Origin: Candidatus Thorarchaeota archaeon
GTDB lineage: Archaea; Asgardarchaeota; Thorarchaeia; Thorarchaeales; Thorarchaeaceae
Assembly: GCA_048882485.1 (NCBI GenBank)
Contig: JBHLRP010000003.1
Span: 96,001-160,000 of the forward strand
DNA: 64,000 bases
Direction: 5' to 3'
Each line of letters opens with the position of its first letter. Within the stretch, counting starts at the first letter, position 1. Under the pieces are notes generated by a model, which was not told where the DNA came from, ran no database searches, and saw only the letters and a list, made by a program, of their open reading frames with translations. Shown one piece after another: positions 47,836 through 57,523 of the stretch. The position numbers were made by a program, and so were the translations under genes.

Positions 47836-49614
47836 GTGTCGGATGAAGATGTAAGGCGCATGATTGAAGAAGCAACAAAGGAGTCTCTAAGACAGTCCTT
47901 TACTGAAGCTGGACGGAAATTCATTGAGGCCGCTGAAACCTCGGAGCGAAGAGGTGACTACGAGGGGGCAGATAAGCTGTATCGTCAGGCTGCTGATGCC
48001 TATGAGAAAGCTGCGGACAAATATAGAACTAGCAAAGGATTCAAGAATTCAGCCATGAACATGTGTGCAGCTGGCGATGTCTATTCAGAGCTTGGAGAGT
48101 CGCAGAAGGCTGTTGAATCCTATGGCCATGCCGCAGATGATCTCTTTGCAGCAGCAGGAGAACATCTCCTCTGGGGGGAAGACGCAGAAACCGCCAAGGG
48201 TACGGCCCTTGCGATGGCTGCGTGTATGCTGCTCCTAATGATTGGGAGAGAGGCTGATTCCTTCTATCGAGCTCGGACATTTTCAGCTGAAAATGCCTCC
48301 AAGCTTAGATTTCCTGCCATTGTGCGTCTAAGTCAAATCCCTCAGATGATTGAAACCTCGATCCAAGCAATGGACCTCGAAGGCTTTGCGACTGCAGAAA
48401 CCGCGGCCGTGACCGAGTTGAAAGCAGCCCTGGCTAATGCCAATGCTCAGGAGTTCACCAAATATGTGGATAGAGGACTGGATATGGTCAGAGAGATTCT
48501 TAGGGGCAAGCTTAAGGTTCCTAGGCTTGTTCCCCAATTGGCTTTGCCAAGCGACATGACCTTTTCAGAGGAATTTCCAATTCGCGTTCTAATTCAAAAC
48601 GCAGGTGACGGTGAAGCTACAAACGTGAATCTCGAATGGCATATTGATGAAGACCTTGTGGTCATGTCAGGTGAACGGAAGAAATCCATTCCGATGCTTC
48701 CGCCTGATGAATCCCTTGACATAGCAGTCGTAGTAAAGGCGAAAGAAGGCATAATGGGTGTAAAGGAATACACCATCATGATGAAGGGAGTCTACAGTGA
48801 TAAGCTGAAGACTGAATACTCACTGCAAGCAGGGCCCGGAACACTGGTACTGAAGGACTTCAAGGAAACCGAGAAACTTCAACAGGCTCTTGATGTTACA
48901 GACACTCGATTAGGACTTCTTACCTCCACCGTTGAGGACTCGCCATTTGAAAAAGAAGTGTTACATGGTGTCGTTTCATCCATTGCCAACTCAGCGAAAC
49001 AGGCACGCACCTATCTCGATGAAGGAGATATCCCTTCTGCACGCGGCTGCGTTCATGTAGTCAACGAGATGGTTGACAAGATTGATGCAATCCTTGGCGA
49101 TGAGGAGCTAATCGCAAGAATAAACGAAGCCAAGGAGGCTAGGAAACGATCATATGCAAAAGTGATGCTTCAATCCGCCAAGGAAGAGATTGATTCTACA
49201 ATGAAAGGCAAGCAAGCCAAGATTGAGGCAGCCTCTCTTGAAGCGAAAGTTGATTGGGGCAACGAAGCTGAATCCAAGAAAGCGCTTGCTGCTCTTATTT
49301 CTGGTGCGCGTGATAAGACATCCAATCTAATCGGGGACCTGGAGGCTCTAAAGAGTGAACTGCCCTCCGCTGCTGATTCAGTAGATCCAACCGAAGGCGC
49401 TCTGAGAACCAAACATCGCACTATGGTAGAAACAGCAGTGAGCAAACTGTCTGGGATACGTGCCGAGCTTGAGCGCATGTCAAGTGATAGGGTACTCGCT
49501 GTAGGTGTAGCGCCAGACACTCCGGATAAAGTGGCATTAGCAAAGAAGCTTTTAGACGAGCTTATTTCAGATGTCAATGCAATTATAGAATCAAAGAAGA
49601 CAGAAACTGGGTAG
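47836..49614 (+). CDS. SNAP/TPR-like helical repeats + Ig-like (CARDB/DUF11-type) domain + coiled coil
   Basis: Ala-rich repeats (YRQAADAYEKAADKY, AAGDVYSELG), IQNAGDGEATNV beta-sandwich, helical C-terminus. Confidence 0.65.
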   Translation: MSDEDVRRMIEEATKESLRQSFTEAGRKFIEAAETSERRGDYEGADKLYRQAADAYEKAADKYRTSKGFKNSAMNMCAAGDVYSELGESQKAVESYGHAADDLFAAAGEHLLWGEDAETAKGTALAMAACMLLLMIGREADSFYRARTFSAENASKLRFPAIVRLSQIPQMIETSIQAMDLEGFATAETAAVTELKAALANANAQEFTKYVDRGLDMVREILRGKLKVPRLVPQLALPSDMTFSEEFPIRVLIQNAGDGEATNVNLEWHIDEDLVVMSGERKKSIPMLPPDESLDIAVVVKAKEGIMGVKEYTIMMKGVYSDKLKTEYSLQAGPGTLVLKDFKETEKLQQALDVTDTRLGLLTSTVEDSPFEKEVLHGVVSSIANSAKQARTYLDEGDIPSARGCVHVVNEMVDKIDAILGDEELIARINEAKEARKRSYAKVMLQSAKEEIDSTMKGKQAKIEAASLEAKVDWGNEAESKKALAALISGARDKTSNLIGDLEALKSELPSAADSVDPTEGALRTKHRTMVETAVSKLSGIRAELERMSSDRVLAVGVAPDTPDKVALAKKLLDELISDVNAIIESKKTETG

Positions 49615-49624
49615 ATCTCTCTAC

Positions 49625-50830
49625 TCACTTTCTTCTCTTGTCCATGAATTGCTCTAGCCTATTCATTGCGTCCTCTATCATCTCAGGTGGAGGAAGGAAT
49701 ACGCTTCTGAAATGTGCCAAGCCATATATTGGATCAAAGCCAGAGCCGGGAACAAACACGACGCCAGTATTCTTGAGAACATCAAGCACGAACTCCGTGT
49801 CATTTGCCCACCGGGCCATTAGCTCAATCCTCGGCATAATGTAGAACGCGGCTTGAGGCAATCGTGTCGAAATCGAATCAATCTCATTCAGCCTCCTCCA
49901 AATCAGGTCTCTTCTCACTCTCAATCTGGCCATTACGTCTTTCAGATGACTTCCGTCACTTCTGAGGGCGGCTGCTGTGGCTAGTTGTGCCGGGGCATTA
50001 GAGCAGATTCTGATTCTAGCCTGTTTCACCATTGCATCGCGAAGCGGTTCAAGCTCTCCATCTTGGTCATGATAGTATACATACCCTACTCTCCATCCGG
50101 GAGCTAGGTAGACTTTGCTAACACCATTAAAGCCCATGACCGGAATTTCTCCGGCCGCCTTGACCATTGGAGTCTGGTCCTTGTCGAAAGTGAGTTGATC
50201 ATAGATCTCGTCGGTTATGAGTGGAAGGTTGTACTCACCTGCTATCCCCGCTATCTCCTTGAGTGTCTTCTCATCATAGACTGCACCTGTTGGATTATTC
50301 GGATTAATAGCGAGGATGCCCACAGTTTCTTCGTTAATCTTCTTTCTAAGATCTTCCGTATCCGGAGCCCAATCTTCCTCCTCGATTGTACGATATGTTC
50401 TAGGGACGCCTCCAAAGAAGCTGACATAGCCAACATATGGAGGATATGAGGGTCCAGGAACAAGAAGCTCGGAACCGTCGTTTACGAGTGCCCCTGCTAG
50501 GAATTGGATTGCCTCCGAAACCCCAGTTGTTGCAATGATTCGCCCAGGATCGACATCGATCCCATTGACTCGCTTCTCCTTTTCAGCTGCAGCATGCTTA
50601 AGTTCATCAAGGCCCTCTGATGGAGAGTACCCATTCACACCGTCGCGTGTGGCCTTGCACATGGCTTCTATCATGAACTCGGGAGTTTTCCAGTCATACT
50701 TTATGGGATCACCAATATTGAGATAGAGTGGGGATTCGCCACTATCCTTCTCATACTGCTTGGCAGCTACTACCACATCTCTAATGGCATATTTCAGGTT
50801 TGCAGCTCTCGAGGTGATTCTCAGTTTCAA
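49625..50830 (-). CDS. Class I/II PLP aminotransferase (alanine aminotransferase AlaA-like)
   Basis: YAIRD, LNIGDP, INPNNPTG, DEIYD, NGVSKVYLAPGWRVG, VPGSGF. Confidence 0.93.
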   Translation of the reverse strand: MKLRITSRAANLKYAIRDVVVAAKQYEKDSGESPLYLNIGDPIKYDWKTPEFMIEAMCKATRDGVNGYSPSEGLDELKHAAAEKEKRVNGIDVDPGRIIATTGVSEAIQFLAGALVNDGSELLVPGPSYPPYVGYVSFFGGVPRTYRTIEEEDWAPDTEDLRKKINEETVGILAINPNNPTGAVYDEKTLKEIAGIAGEYNLPLITDEIYDQLTFDKDQTPMVKAAGEIPVMGFNGVSKVYLAPGWRVGYVYYHDQDGELEPLRDAMVKQARIRICSNAPAQLATAAALRSDGSHLKDVMARLRVRRDLIWRRLNEIDSISTRLPQAAFYIMPRIELMARWANDTEFVLDVLKNTGVVFVPGSGFDPIYGLAHFRSVFLPPPEMIEDAMNRLEQFMDKRRK

Positions 50831-50904
50831 ATGAATCCACTCGTGTCTGTCGACTCGAGGCCTCCGTATATTGTTTGCTATCAGGGGCGCATCCTAACTA
50901 AATT

Positions 50905-50947
50905 AGCCACAACCGTGGCAAAAAAAACGGCTTTGAATTAGAGCGGC
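50905..50947 (-). terminator. U-tract terminator downstream of roadblock gene
   Basis: Minus strand: imperfect hairpin, T8 (A-run 50920-50927), then gccac/gtggc hairpin. Confidence 0.55.
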
Positions 50948-50948
50948 C

Positions 50949-51344
50949 TCATGTTGAGAGTAAATCGCCAACCTCTTTGGCATATTTCCTCATCTGAGTC
51001 GTTGCCAGACCCATAGATGTCAAGTCCTTCGCTGCACCCATGAGTAGGAATTCTCCAGCTTGTGAAAGCACTGCAAATCCTTTCGCTCCTCTGACCGTCA
51101 CCTCGAAGAGGTCTCCCAAATCTAATTTCTCTGCAGACGCAGCCATCTCTCCAGTCATCAGCAATGCTGCACTTACAGCAGCCATGAGATCTGGATCTGC
51201 TTCGGAGTCTTCAGTGGCGAAGTACGCCAGCTTCACACCCTGCTTGCTGACCACCGCAATGGCGTCAAGGTCTGCATAGTTAGTCAATCCCATCAGGAGC
51301 TCTACGAGTTCCTTCTCTTTTTCTGGGTCCAGATGTTGCGACAT
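50949..51344 (-). CDS. Roadblock/LC7 (profilin-fold superfamily) protein
   Basis: IAVVSKQGVKL, DPDLMAAVSAALL, LGDLFEVTVRGAKG, SMGL. Confidence 0.88.
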   Translation of the reverse strand: MSQHLDPEKEKELVELLMGLTNYADLDAIAVVSKQGVKLAYFATEDSEADPDLMAAVSAALLMTGEMAASAEKLDLGDLFEVTVRGAKGFAVLSQAGEFLLMGAAKDLTSMGLATTQMRKYAKEVGDLLST

Positions 51345-51372
51345 TGTATTTTGCTCCCTATTGATTCATTGA

Positions 51373-52290
51373 TTATTTTGCGACAAGCTTCTTCTTCTTT
51401 TTAGCGGTCTTGGCCTTTTCATCGGCGGTTGGCATGACGGGCGCTTCGGTTTCAGAACGGAAGAATGTGATGAGGTCTCCCAGGCGCTCCTTCATTTCCT
51501 GTTTGATTGGACTCAGGATGGCTTCAGGTGTGCCCTTCAGTAGCTCGATACCTAGCACTTTTCCATCTTTGACAATAACGCGGGGAATGAATCCCTCCGC
51601 CATAAACGTACCTTCTGGAGGATCTTTGACCCTTTCAAACTTCCTTTCAACTTTCTCTTGTCCGAATACTGCTATCTTGTGCTCTGCAACTGTAAATAGT
51701 TCGTTATACACGATCAGCAATTCTCTTTGATAGCCTTCAGGCGGGTCAGTGGTCTGCAGCTCTTCAATCATGGCCTTTATTTCACCTGAAATTGGACTTG
51801 CAGGCATAGATGTTGCCGTTGGAGCTGTAGATGGTTTTGAAGGCGATGTGGTAGAGACTGATGGTTTCGGAGGTGGTGCAGTTGCCTTCGGCTTTGGGGG
51901 CGGTGCAGCTTCGGTCTTCGATGCTGGCGCTTCTGCGGCAGTTGCCTTTGGTTTGGGCTTTGGCGGAGCTGGAGTAGGGGGCTTTTCCCCAGGCTTTAGC
52001 ACACGTGTTGCAGCAGTTGTCCCATCCAGCGCGCTGAAGAATGTGGGTGGTTCTTCTCCTTCATCTACTGCCCTCACCTTGAAATGGAACCCATATTCAG
52101 TTCGAAGATTGGTCGCAACTCTTGCGCCAATGAACTTTCTTCTTATTCCTGCTTGAGTGCCTTTCCACAGGTAGATTGACTTGGTTTCGTCATCAACTAC
52201 ACAGACTACCATTTGAGAATCCAAGTCTGCCTTGGAGATCTCAACTTCGTTGAGAGTTCCATCCTCCATTACCTCATAACCTACGACCAT
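51373..52290 (-). CDS. Gelsolin-like domain + Pro/Ala/Thr-rich linker + C-terminal domain
   Basis: LDSQMVVCVVD..SIYLWKG..AGIRRKFIGARVA..VDEGEEPPTF is a typical single gelsolin-domain signature. Confidence 0.8.
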   Translation of the reverse strand: MVVGYEVMEDGTLNEVEISKADLDSQMVVCVVDDETKSIYLWKGTQAGIRRKFIGARVATNLRTEYGFHFKVRAVDEGEEPPTFFSALDGTTAATRVLKPGEKPPTPAPPKPKPKATAAEAPASKTEAAPPPKPKATAPPPKPSVSTTSPSKPSTAPTATSMPASPISGEIKAMIEELQTTDPPEGYQRELLIVYNELFTVAEHKIAVFGQEKVERKFERVKDPPEGTFMAEGFIPRVIVKDGKVLGIELLKGTPEAILSPIKQEMKERLGDLITFFRSETEAPVMPTADEKAKTAKKKKKLVAK

Positions 52291-52505
52291 GATTATTCAC
52301 TAACTTGCAGTTTTTATCTTCTTGCTCCTGTGCCCCCAGAATTGGGCAGCTAAAGATTAGTTGAGATATGGTCATCTCTACGGACAGCTGGATATCTCTG
52401 TTTGGGATATAAGATTGTTATTGTGGTGGATGTTTTGTTTATAAACCCTGAAACTGATAGCGGTCAACAAGCCTTATGTAGAAGGGGAGCTAATGGCCTT
52501 AGTCG

Positions 52506-53594
52506 GTGCCAATGACTGAACAGTCAGCAGAAGCATTCTATGCTGAGCAATTTGGTAGAGGCAAGACCCTCTCTGTGTTACAATTTATTGCGGGCTTCAT
52601 TATTTCCACGCTCATTATGGTTGGGTCCACTTGGGGTCTAATATACGTCTATGATGTCCTAACGGACTTCTCAATATCACCATCGAATCTGGGCATATAC
52701 ACGCTGGCGATGACAATAGGATCCCTTGTTGCCACGATACTTGGTGTAGCCATTTGCTACATCATTCTAAAGGTCCCTCGTGCAGGAACATTGCTCCTAA
52801 GGGTTCATAGGTTCTTCAAGAGAGGCACTGGCGAGTATTTCGTCTGGCCAGAACCTAAAGATCAGAGCCTGCGGCTTGTCTTTCGTAGGTCATTATATGG
52901 TTCCATTCTGGTAGTCGGCATTGGAATGACAACGGTGAGCTTTGAACTTATGGGCGTGGCACAAACTGCAGATCTTGCTATATTCGGGCTTTGGGTTGTT
53001 GTAATCTCAGCTGCTGTTCTTCCTCTGACGATCCTGATACTATACTACGGTCCATGGCTCATCAAGGATGCAGGTCTTTTCCACTTGGATCTCAAGGACC
53101 GATCACTCAGCAATGTAGGCGACGACCTAGAAGACATGCTTGAGTTCTTTGCTGGCGTTGATTTAGTTCTAGTTTGGCTTGAGTTGACATTGACAGCAGG
53201 CTTTGAACAACCTTGGTTCTCAGTATTCGTCATAATGGTTGCATTGGGTCCTCTGCTCGCCATCATCTTCAACTTCACCCTTGTGTTTATGTTTATCAAG
53301 AACAGAGCCACTTTGCAGATTATTGACCGTCTGGTGGCTAGGTATGACACACAAGACATGTATAATGCATCAGACAAAATCAGAAACAAGGTCCTTGCTC
53401 TCATAGACAGAGATATTCTTGCATCTTTGGAGCAATCTGACGAGAGTGTAAGCACTCCTGCTGAAGATGAATATGAACCGGTTCCTGACGATTCTTTTGG
53501 CTACATGCACTCCGAATCTGAAGAGCTCGGGGAACTGGATGTCATTCAAGAGGAAGAAGCCGAATCAACAGATGATGACGAGAGATGGTCCTAG
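52506..53594 (+). CDS. Multi-pass membrane protein with acidic C-terminal tail
   Basis: About 6 hydrophobic helices. No family recognised. Confidence 0.75.
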   Translation: MPMTEQSAEAFYAEQFGRGKTLSVLQFIAGFIISTLIMVGSTWGLIYVYDVLTDFSISPSNLGIYTLAMTIGSLVATILGVAICYIILKVPRAGTLLLRVHRFFKRGTGEYFVWPEPKDQSLRLVFRRSLYGSILVVGIGMTTVSFELMGVAQTADLAIFGLWVVVISAAVLPLTILILYYGPWLIKDAGLFHLDLKDRSLSNVGDDLEDMLEFFAGVDLVLVWLELTLTAGFEQPWFSVFVIMVALGPLLAIIFNFTLVFMFIKNRATLQIIDRLVARYDTQDMYNASDKIRNKVLALIDRDILASLEQSDESVSTPAEDEYEPVPDDSFGYMHSESEELGELDVIQEEEAESTDDDERWS

Positions 53595-53604
53595 CACTAT
53601 CAGC

Positions 53605-54663
53605 CTAGTCCAGCAGCATCACTGATCCATCAGAGAATCCAAATCCAACCTCAGCATCTTTCATTGATCTTAGTCTATGGGCCAGAGATTCATCTGGAAC
53701 TGAGGCTACAATAGTCTGACCTTGAAAATCAAGAGTGATTCTGAAAGTTCCGATTCTTGGAACTACTGAGATGACTGATGCCACTGGAGTGTCCTTGCTG
53801 ATATCCGACGTCAAGAAGATGTCTTCTGGTTTGACAGTATACTTGACTGTTCCGCCTCTATCCGCAACGCCGTTTGCAGCAAATCGATATCCACCAGTAT
53901 CAACAATAACGCGTTCTTGATGAAGCTCTACTACTTGACCAGTCAGAACATTACCACTCCCTAAGAAGCTGGCAACAAACTCGCTGGCGGGCTTATCGTA
54001 GAGTTCTTCAGGATGGCCCACTTGATTGACTACTCCCTTATTTAGAATGGCTACACGATCAGAGATGGCAAATGCCTCATCCTGGCTGTGGGTCACATAA
54101 ATGGTGGTGATATTGAGTTCGTCCTGTATTCTCCGGATCTCGGTTTGGAGTCTCTCTCTTAATTGAGGATCTAGTGCTGAGAGTGGTTCATCCAAGAGAA
54201 GAAGATTCGGCTCTTTTGCAAGTGCTCGAGCAAGTGCTATCCTCTGTCCCTCTCCTCCACTTACCTCGTTGCTACGTCTCATCAGCAAGCCCCGAATACC
54301 CAGAATGTCCGCAAGAAATTCAACCCGTTCAATAGTTGCCTCTCGACTCCATCCAGCCATCTCAAGTGCGAATGCAATATTCTGATAGACATTCATGTTT
54401 GGAAAGAGCGCCACAGACTGAAACACCATTCCGATATTCCGATCTCTTGGAGGAGCATACGTTACATCTTGGCCATCGAATAGAAGCTTGCCAGCTTGTG
54501 GTCTGAAAAAGCCTGCTATCATTCGAAGTGTTGTTGTCTTTCCTGAACCGCTTGGCCCCAGCAAGGTCATAAGCTCGCCATCTCCTACTTTGAGGTCGAT
54601 AGGGCCAATACTAGTCCCATCTCTGAATCTTCGCATGAGTCCATGCAGTTCAACACTAACCAC
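53605..54663 (-). CDS. thiQ: ABC transporter ATP-binding subunit (thiamine)
   Basis: GPSGSGKT, VSGGEGQR, LLLDEP, TOBE-like tail. Operon context. Confidence 0.88.
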   Translation of the reverse strand: MVSVELHGLMRRFRDGTSIGPIDLKVGDGELMTLLGPSGSGKTTTLRMIAGFFRPQAGKLLFDGQDVTYAPPRDRNIGMVFQSVALFPNMNVYQNIAFALEMAGWSREATIERVEFLADILGIRGLLMRRSNEVSGGEGQRIALARALAKEPNLLLLDEPLSALDPQLRERLQTEIRRIQDELNITTIYVTHSQDEAFAISDRVAILNKGVVNQVGHPEELYDKPASEFVASFLGSGNVLTGQVVELHQERVIVDTGGYRFAANGVADRGGTVKYTVKPEDIFLTSDISKDTPVASVISVVPRIGTFRITLDFQGQTIVASVPDESLAHRLRSMKDAEVGFGFSDGSVMLLD

Positions 54664-56306
54664 TACAACGCGCCTCCTGAAGTTTCTTCTGAAATCTTTC
54701 CAATCACAAGAAAGGCGATGAAGCAGATTGCTACCAAGACAAAGGCTGCTGCTCCTGCTTCAACCATTCTCCTAACACCCAGATATTGATAGATAACAAC
54801 TGCTAATGTTGTATTCTGCTCAAGTGCAATGAACAATGTCGCTGACATCTCGCCTATGGCCATAGCAAATGCGAAAACCCCTCCCGCAAGGATTCCAGGC
54901 GCGAGCAGAGGAAGCTCAACATAGAGCAGCCTCTGCAGACGCGAAGCTCCTAATGATTCAGCCTGCTCAATGACTTCACTGTCAATATTCCTAAGAGATA
55001 GCTCGATTGCTCTGGTGCTGAAAGGCAGTCCAATAAGGGTTTGAGCGATAACAATCAGAACCCATGGATTTGTGGTTAGTCCCAAGGGAACAGCAATAGT
55101 CCGCATGAGTCCATAGGCCACTGTGATTGCAGAAATTCCTAGGGGCAGAAGTGTCATTGCTGATGCCAGAGTTGGCAGGCCCTTTTGTCGAGTACGATGC
55201 AAATATGCCAAAGGTATACCAAGCAGGACTGCTAGGATGGTTGCTAGGACCGCGTAAAGAAGAGAGTTAGCAAGTGGTATTAGCCCGCCTCCTGCACCTG
55301 AATTTAGTAGGTTGGCAAACCCTTCCAATGTGTATTGGCCGCTGAAGGGATTATAAACAGCTGCTTGTGCGATTGCCAGGATAGGCCCTGCAACTAGAAC
55401 TGCGATCAATATAAGGTAGCCAACAGAACAGACCTTCCAAATCAAGCTGATCTCATCAAAGGACATTGTCTTGATTGTGCCGGTTCTACCCCCATTTTCC
55501 TCAATTCTACCAAGTCTGACATAGGAAAAGGCGAGGGCTAGAGTGATGAGGATTTGAATCAATGCCAGAGAGCTGGCTTCGCCAAAGTCAAAGGTCCTGA
55601 AAGCATACCATATTCGAACCTCAAGTGTCATGTATCTGCCCTCTCCTAGGGCTAGCACAATGGGAAAAGACATGAAGCAGAAAAGGAATGTAAGAACTGC
55701 CGCAGCTAGGAGTGAAGCACGAATGTGAGGTAGGATGATATACCTGAATTTCTGAAGAGTCGTGGCTCCAAGAATCTCTGCGGTTTCCTCAATCTCTGGA
55801 TTCAATCTCTCAAGTGCAGATGAGACCATCACAATGACTAGAGGTATATTGTAGAATGCGTGGGCCAAGATTATTCCAACGAATCCATTTGCTAAGTTCA
55901 TAATGCTATCAGAAGTTCCAGCTATTGTCATAAGCAAGGAGTCCAGGATTCCAAATTCTCCAAAAACTCGGAGGAAGCCCACCACTACGACGATGGGCGG
56001 CAATACGAAGGGAACAATGAGCGATGCTCTCAAAAGAGATTTACCCCTCATTCTCAATCTGGCTAGAAGGAATGCGCCAGGCAGCCCGATAATCACAACC
56101 AGAATAGTGCTAATGAGGGCTTGAACTACAGTGAAATTGAAGACAGACTGTGTCACTATGGAGGAAATGACTTCGATGAACGATGTGCCAGGTCCATAAA
56201 TAAGACCCTCGACTAGAACTGAAACGACAGGGAAGATTAAGAATGCCCCGAGAAGCACCAGCGGGGAAGCAATAGCGGCCCATCTAATCGATGTTTTCCA
56301 ATCCAT
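54663..56306 (-). CDS. thiP: ABC transporter permease (thiamine, duplicated domain)
   Basis: VPFVLPPIVV, AHAFYNIP, two EAA-like loops (EETAEILGA, EQAESLGA). Confidence 0.88.
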   Translation of the reverse strand: MDWKTSIRWAAIASPLVLLGAFLIFPVVSVLVEGLIYGPGTSFIEVISSIVTQSVFNFTVVQALISTILVVIIGLPGAFLLARLRMRGKSLLRASLIVPFVLPPIVVVVGFLRVFGEFGILDSLLMTIAGTSDSIMNLANGFVGIILAHAFYNIPLVIVMVSSALERLNPEIEETAEILGATTLQKFRYIILPHIRASLLAAAVLTFLFCFMSFPIVLALGEGRYMTLEVRIWYAFRTFDFGEASSLALIQILITLALAFSYVRLGRIEENGGRTGTIKTMSFDEISLIWKVCSVGYLILIAVLVAGPILAIAQAAVYNPFSGQYTLEGFANLLNSGAGGGLIPLANSLLYAVLATILAVLLGIPLAYLHRTRQKGLPTLASAMTLLPLGISAITVAYGLMRTIAVPLGLTTNPWVLIVIAQTLIGLPFSTRAIELSLRNIDSEVIEQAESLGASRLQRLLYVELPLLAPGILAGGVFAFAMAIGEMSATLFIALEQNTTLAVVIYQYLGVRRMVEAGAAAFVLVAICFIAFLVIGKISEETSGGAL

Positions 56307-56321
56307 GAATTCGCACCTGAA

Positions 56322-57461
56322 CTAGGTTATTCTAATCTCATCAAAGGTATCAAGCCAAATGGTGAGATTAGCAGCAATTTCTGTTCTTGGGAGGAGATCG
56401 TTCAACAATGATACATCACTAGGATGCAACGCATATTCGAAAGCAGGATCCAGTGACACTCCAGTTCTAACAGGAAACATCCATTGGTTTGTGGCTATAA
56501 GGGATTGAACTGTTTCATTCAGACAAAAATCAATGAATAACTTAGCGAGATCGGGATTTGGACCGTTCTTGACTAACCCCATCCCTTCAACTTGCATCCA
56601 CGCATAGTATTCCCCATCATGGTAGATTGGCGCTATTCCTGTTTCTGGCTCTCCACCATATGTATAGACTGAGAATGCGCCATCAGTTCCATAGCTATTC
56701 ATGATGTGTTTACTTTGTGTATTGTACCAAACATTCCATGCTTCAGACCATCCTGGCTGCACATCTATATACTCATTGACATCGATCCACCAATCTGTCC
56801 AGTTCACATACAGAAGCTTCTCATAGACAGCAATCTCAGTCAGAAGAAAAGCAAGACCAGGGCTGCTGAAGTGAGGGTCTTCAGTTACCAGGCCGCCAGC
56901 CAAGGCCGGATTTGTCAGGTCAGCGAATGTTAGATTGTTAAGCTCTGGGAACAACTCAAGACTGCTATCCTTGTATATCAGGGTAACAAGGCCAAAATCA
57001 AAGGGGACAATATAGTGGTCTGGATCGAGGACGTCTATAAATGTCGAGTTAACAACTCCGATATTGCTCGGTATGTAAGGAGTTAAGAGATCGGTGACTC
57101 CCGGTTGGAGAATCAAGATATTGTCTATCCCTATGATAACATCAGCAACTGGATTGCCTTGTTCTGTACCCAATCTTGAAACGATACCATTCGCATCTGT
57201 CCGAAGCCTTTCGATTGTTACGTTGCAATCAAATTGCTCCTCAAATGCACTAAATGCCCTCTCGAATATTGTGTCTGGATCATCGCCCCATTGCATGAAG
57301 CTATCGTATGTATAGACAATCAGGGTTGGCCTCTCACTTGGAGGCCGGTATGATATGAGTGCTATTGAAGCGACTGCAATGACAGCTACAACTATCACTA
57401 CCGCAATCACATTCTTGGGATCTCTTCTCACTGGATACTCTGACATCGCAGACACAACCAT
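56322..57461 (-). CDS. thiB: Thiamine ABC transporter substrate-binding protein
   Basis: VYTYDSF, ADVIIGIDN, PFDFG, SSPGLAFL, GWSEAW, QVEG, NQWMFPV. Confidence 0.92.
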   Translation of the reverse strand: MVVSAMSEYPVRRDPKNVIAVVIVVAVIAVASIALISYRPPSERPTLIVYTYDSFMQWGDDPDTIFERAFSAFEEQFDCNVTIERLRTDANGIVSRLGTEQGNPVADVIIGIDNILILQPGVTDLLTPYIPSNIGVVNSTFIDVLDPDHYIVPFDFGLVTLIYKDSSLELFPELNNLTFADLTNPALAGGLVTEDPHFSSPGLAFLLTEIAVYEKLLYVNWTDWWIDVNEYIDVQPGWSEAWNVWYNTQSKHIMNSYGTDGAFSVYTYGGEPETGIAPIYHDGEYYAWMQVEGMGLVKNGPNPDLAKLFIDFCLNETVQSLIATNQWMFPVRTGVSLDPAFEYALHPSDVSLLNDLLPRTEIAANLTIWLDTFDEIRIT

Positions 57462-57469
57462 CCTTATAT

Positions 57470-57498
57470 CTTAGTTATACAACTAAGTTATAGAACTA
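57470..57498. promoter_or_regulatory. Candidate ThiR operator in the divergent thiB/thiR promoter
   Basis: Palindrome CTTAGTT-ATAC-AACTAAG (57470-57487). Tandem 13-mers AGTTATA(C/G)AACTA at 57473 and 57486. Confidence 0.7.
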
Positions 57499-57523
57499 GC
57501 TGAGATAAATAGTTTACTCAGGA

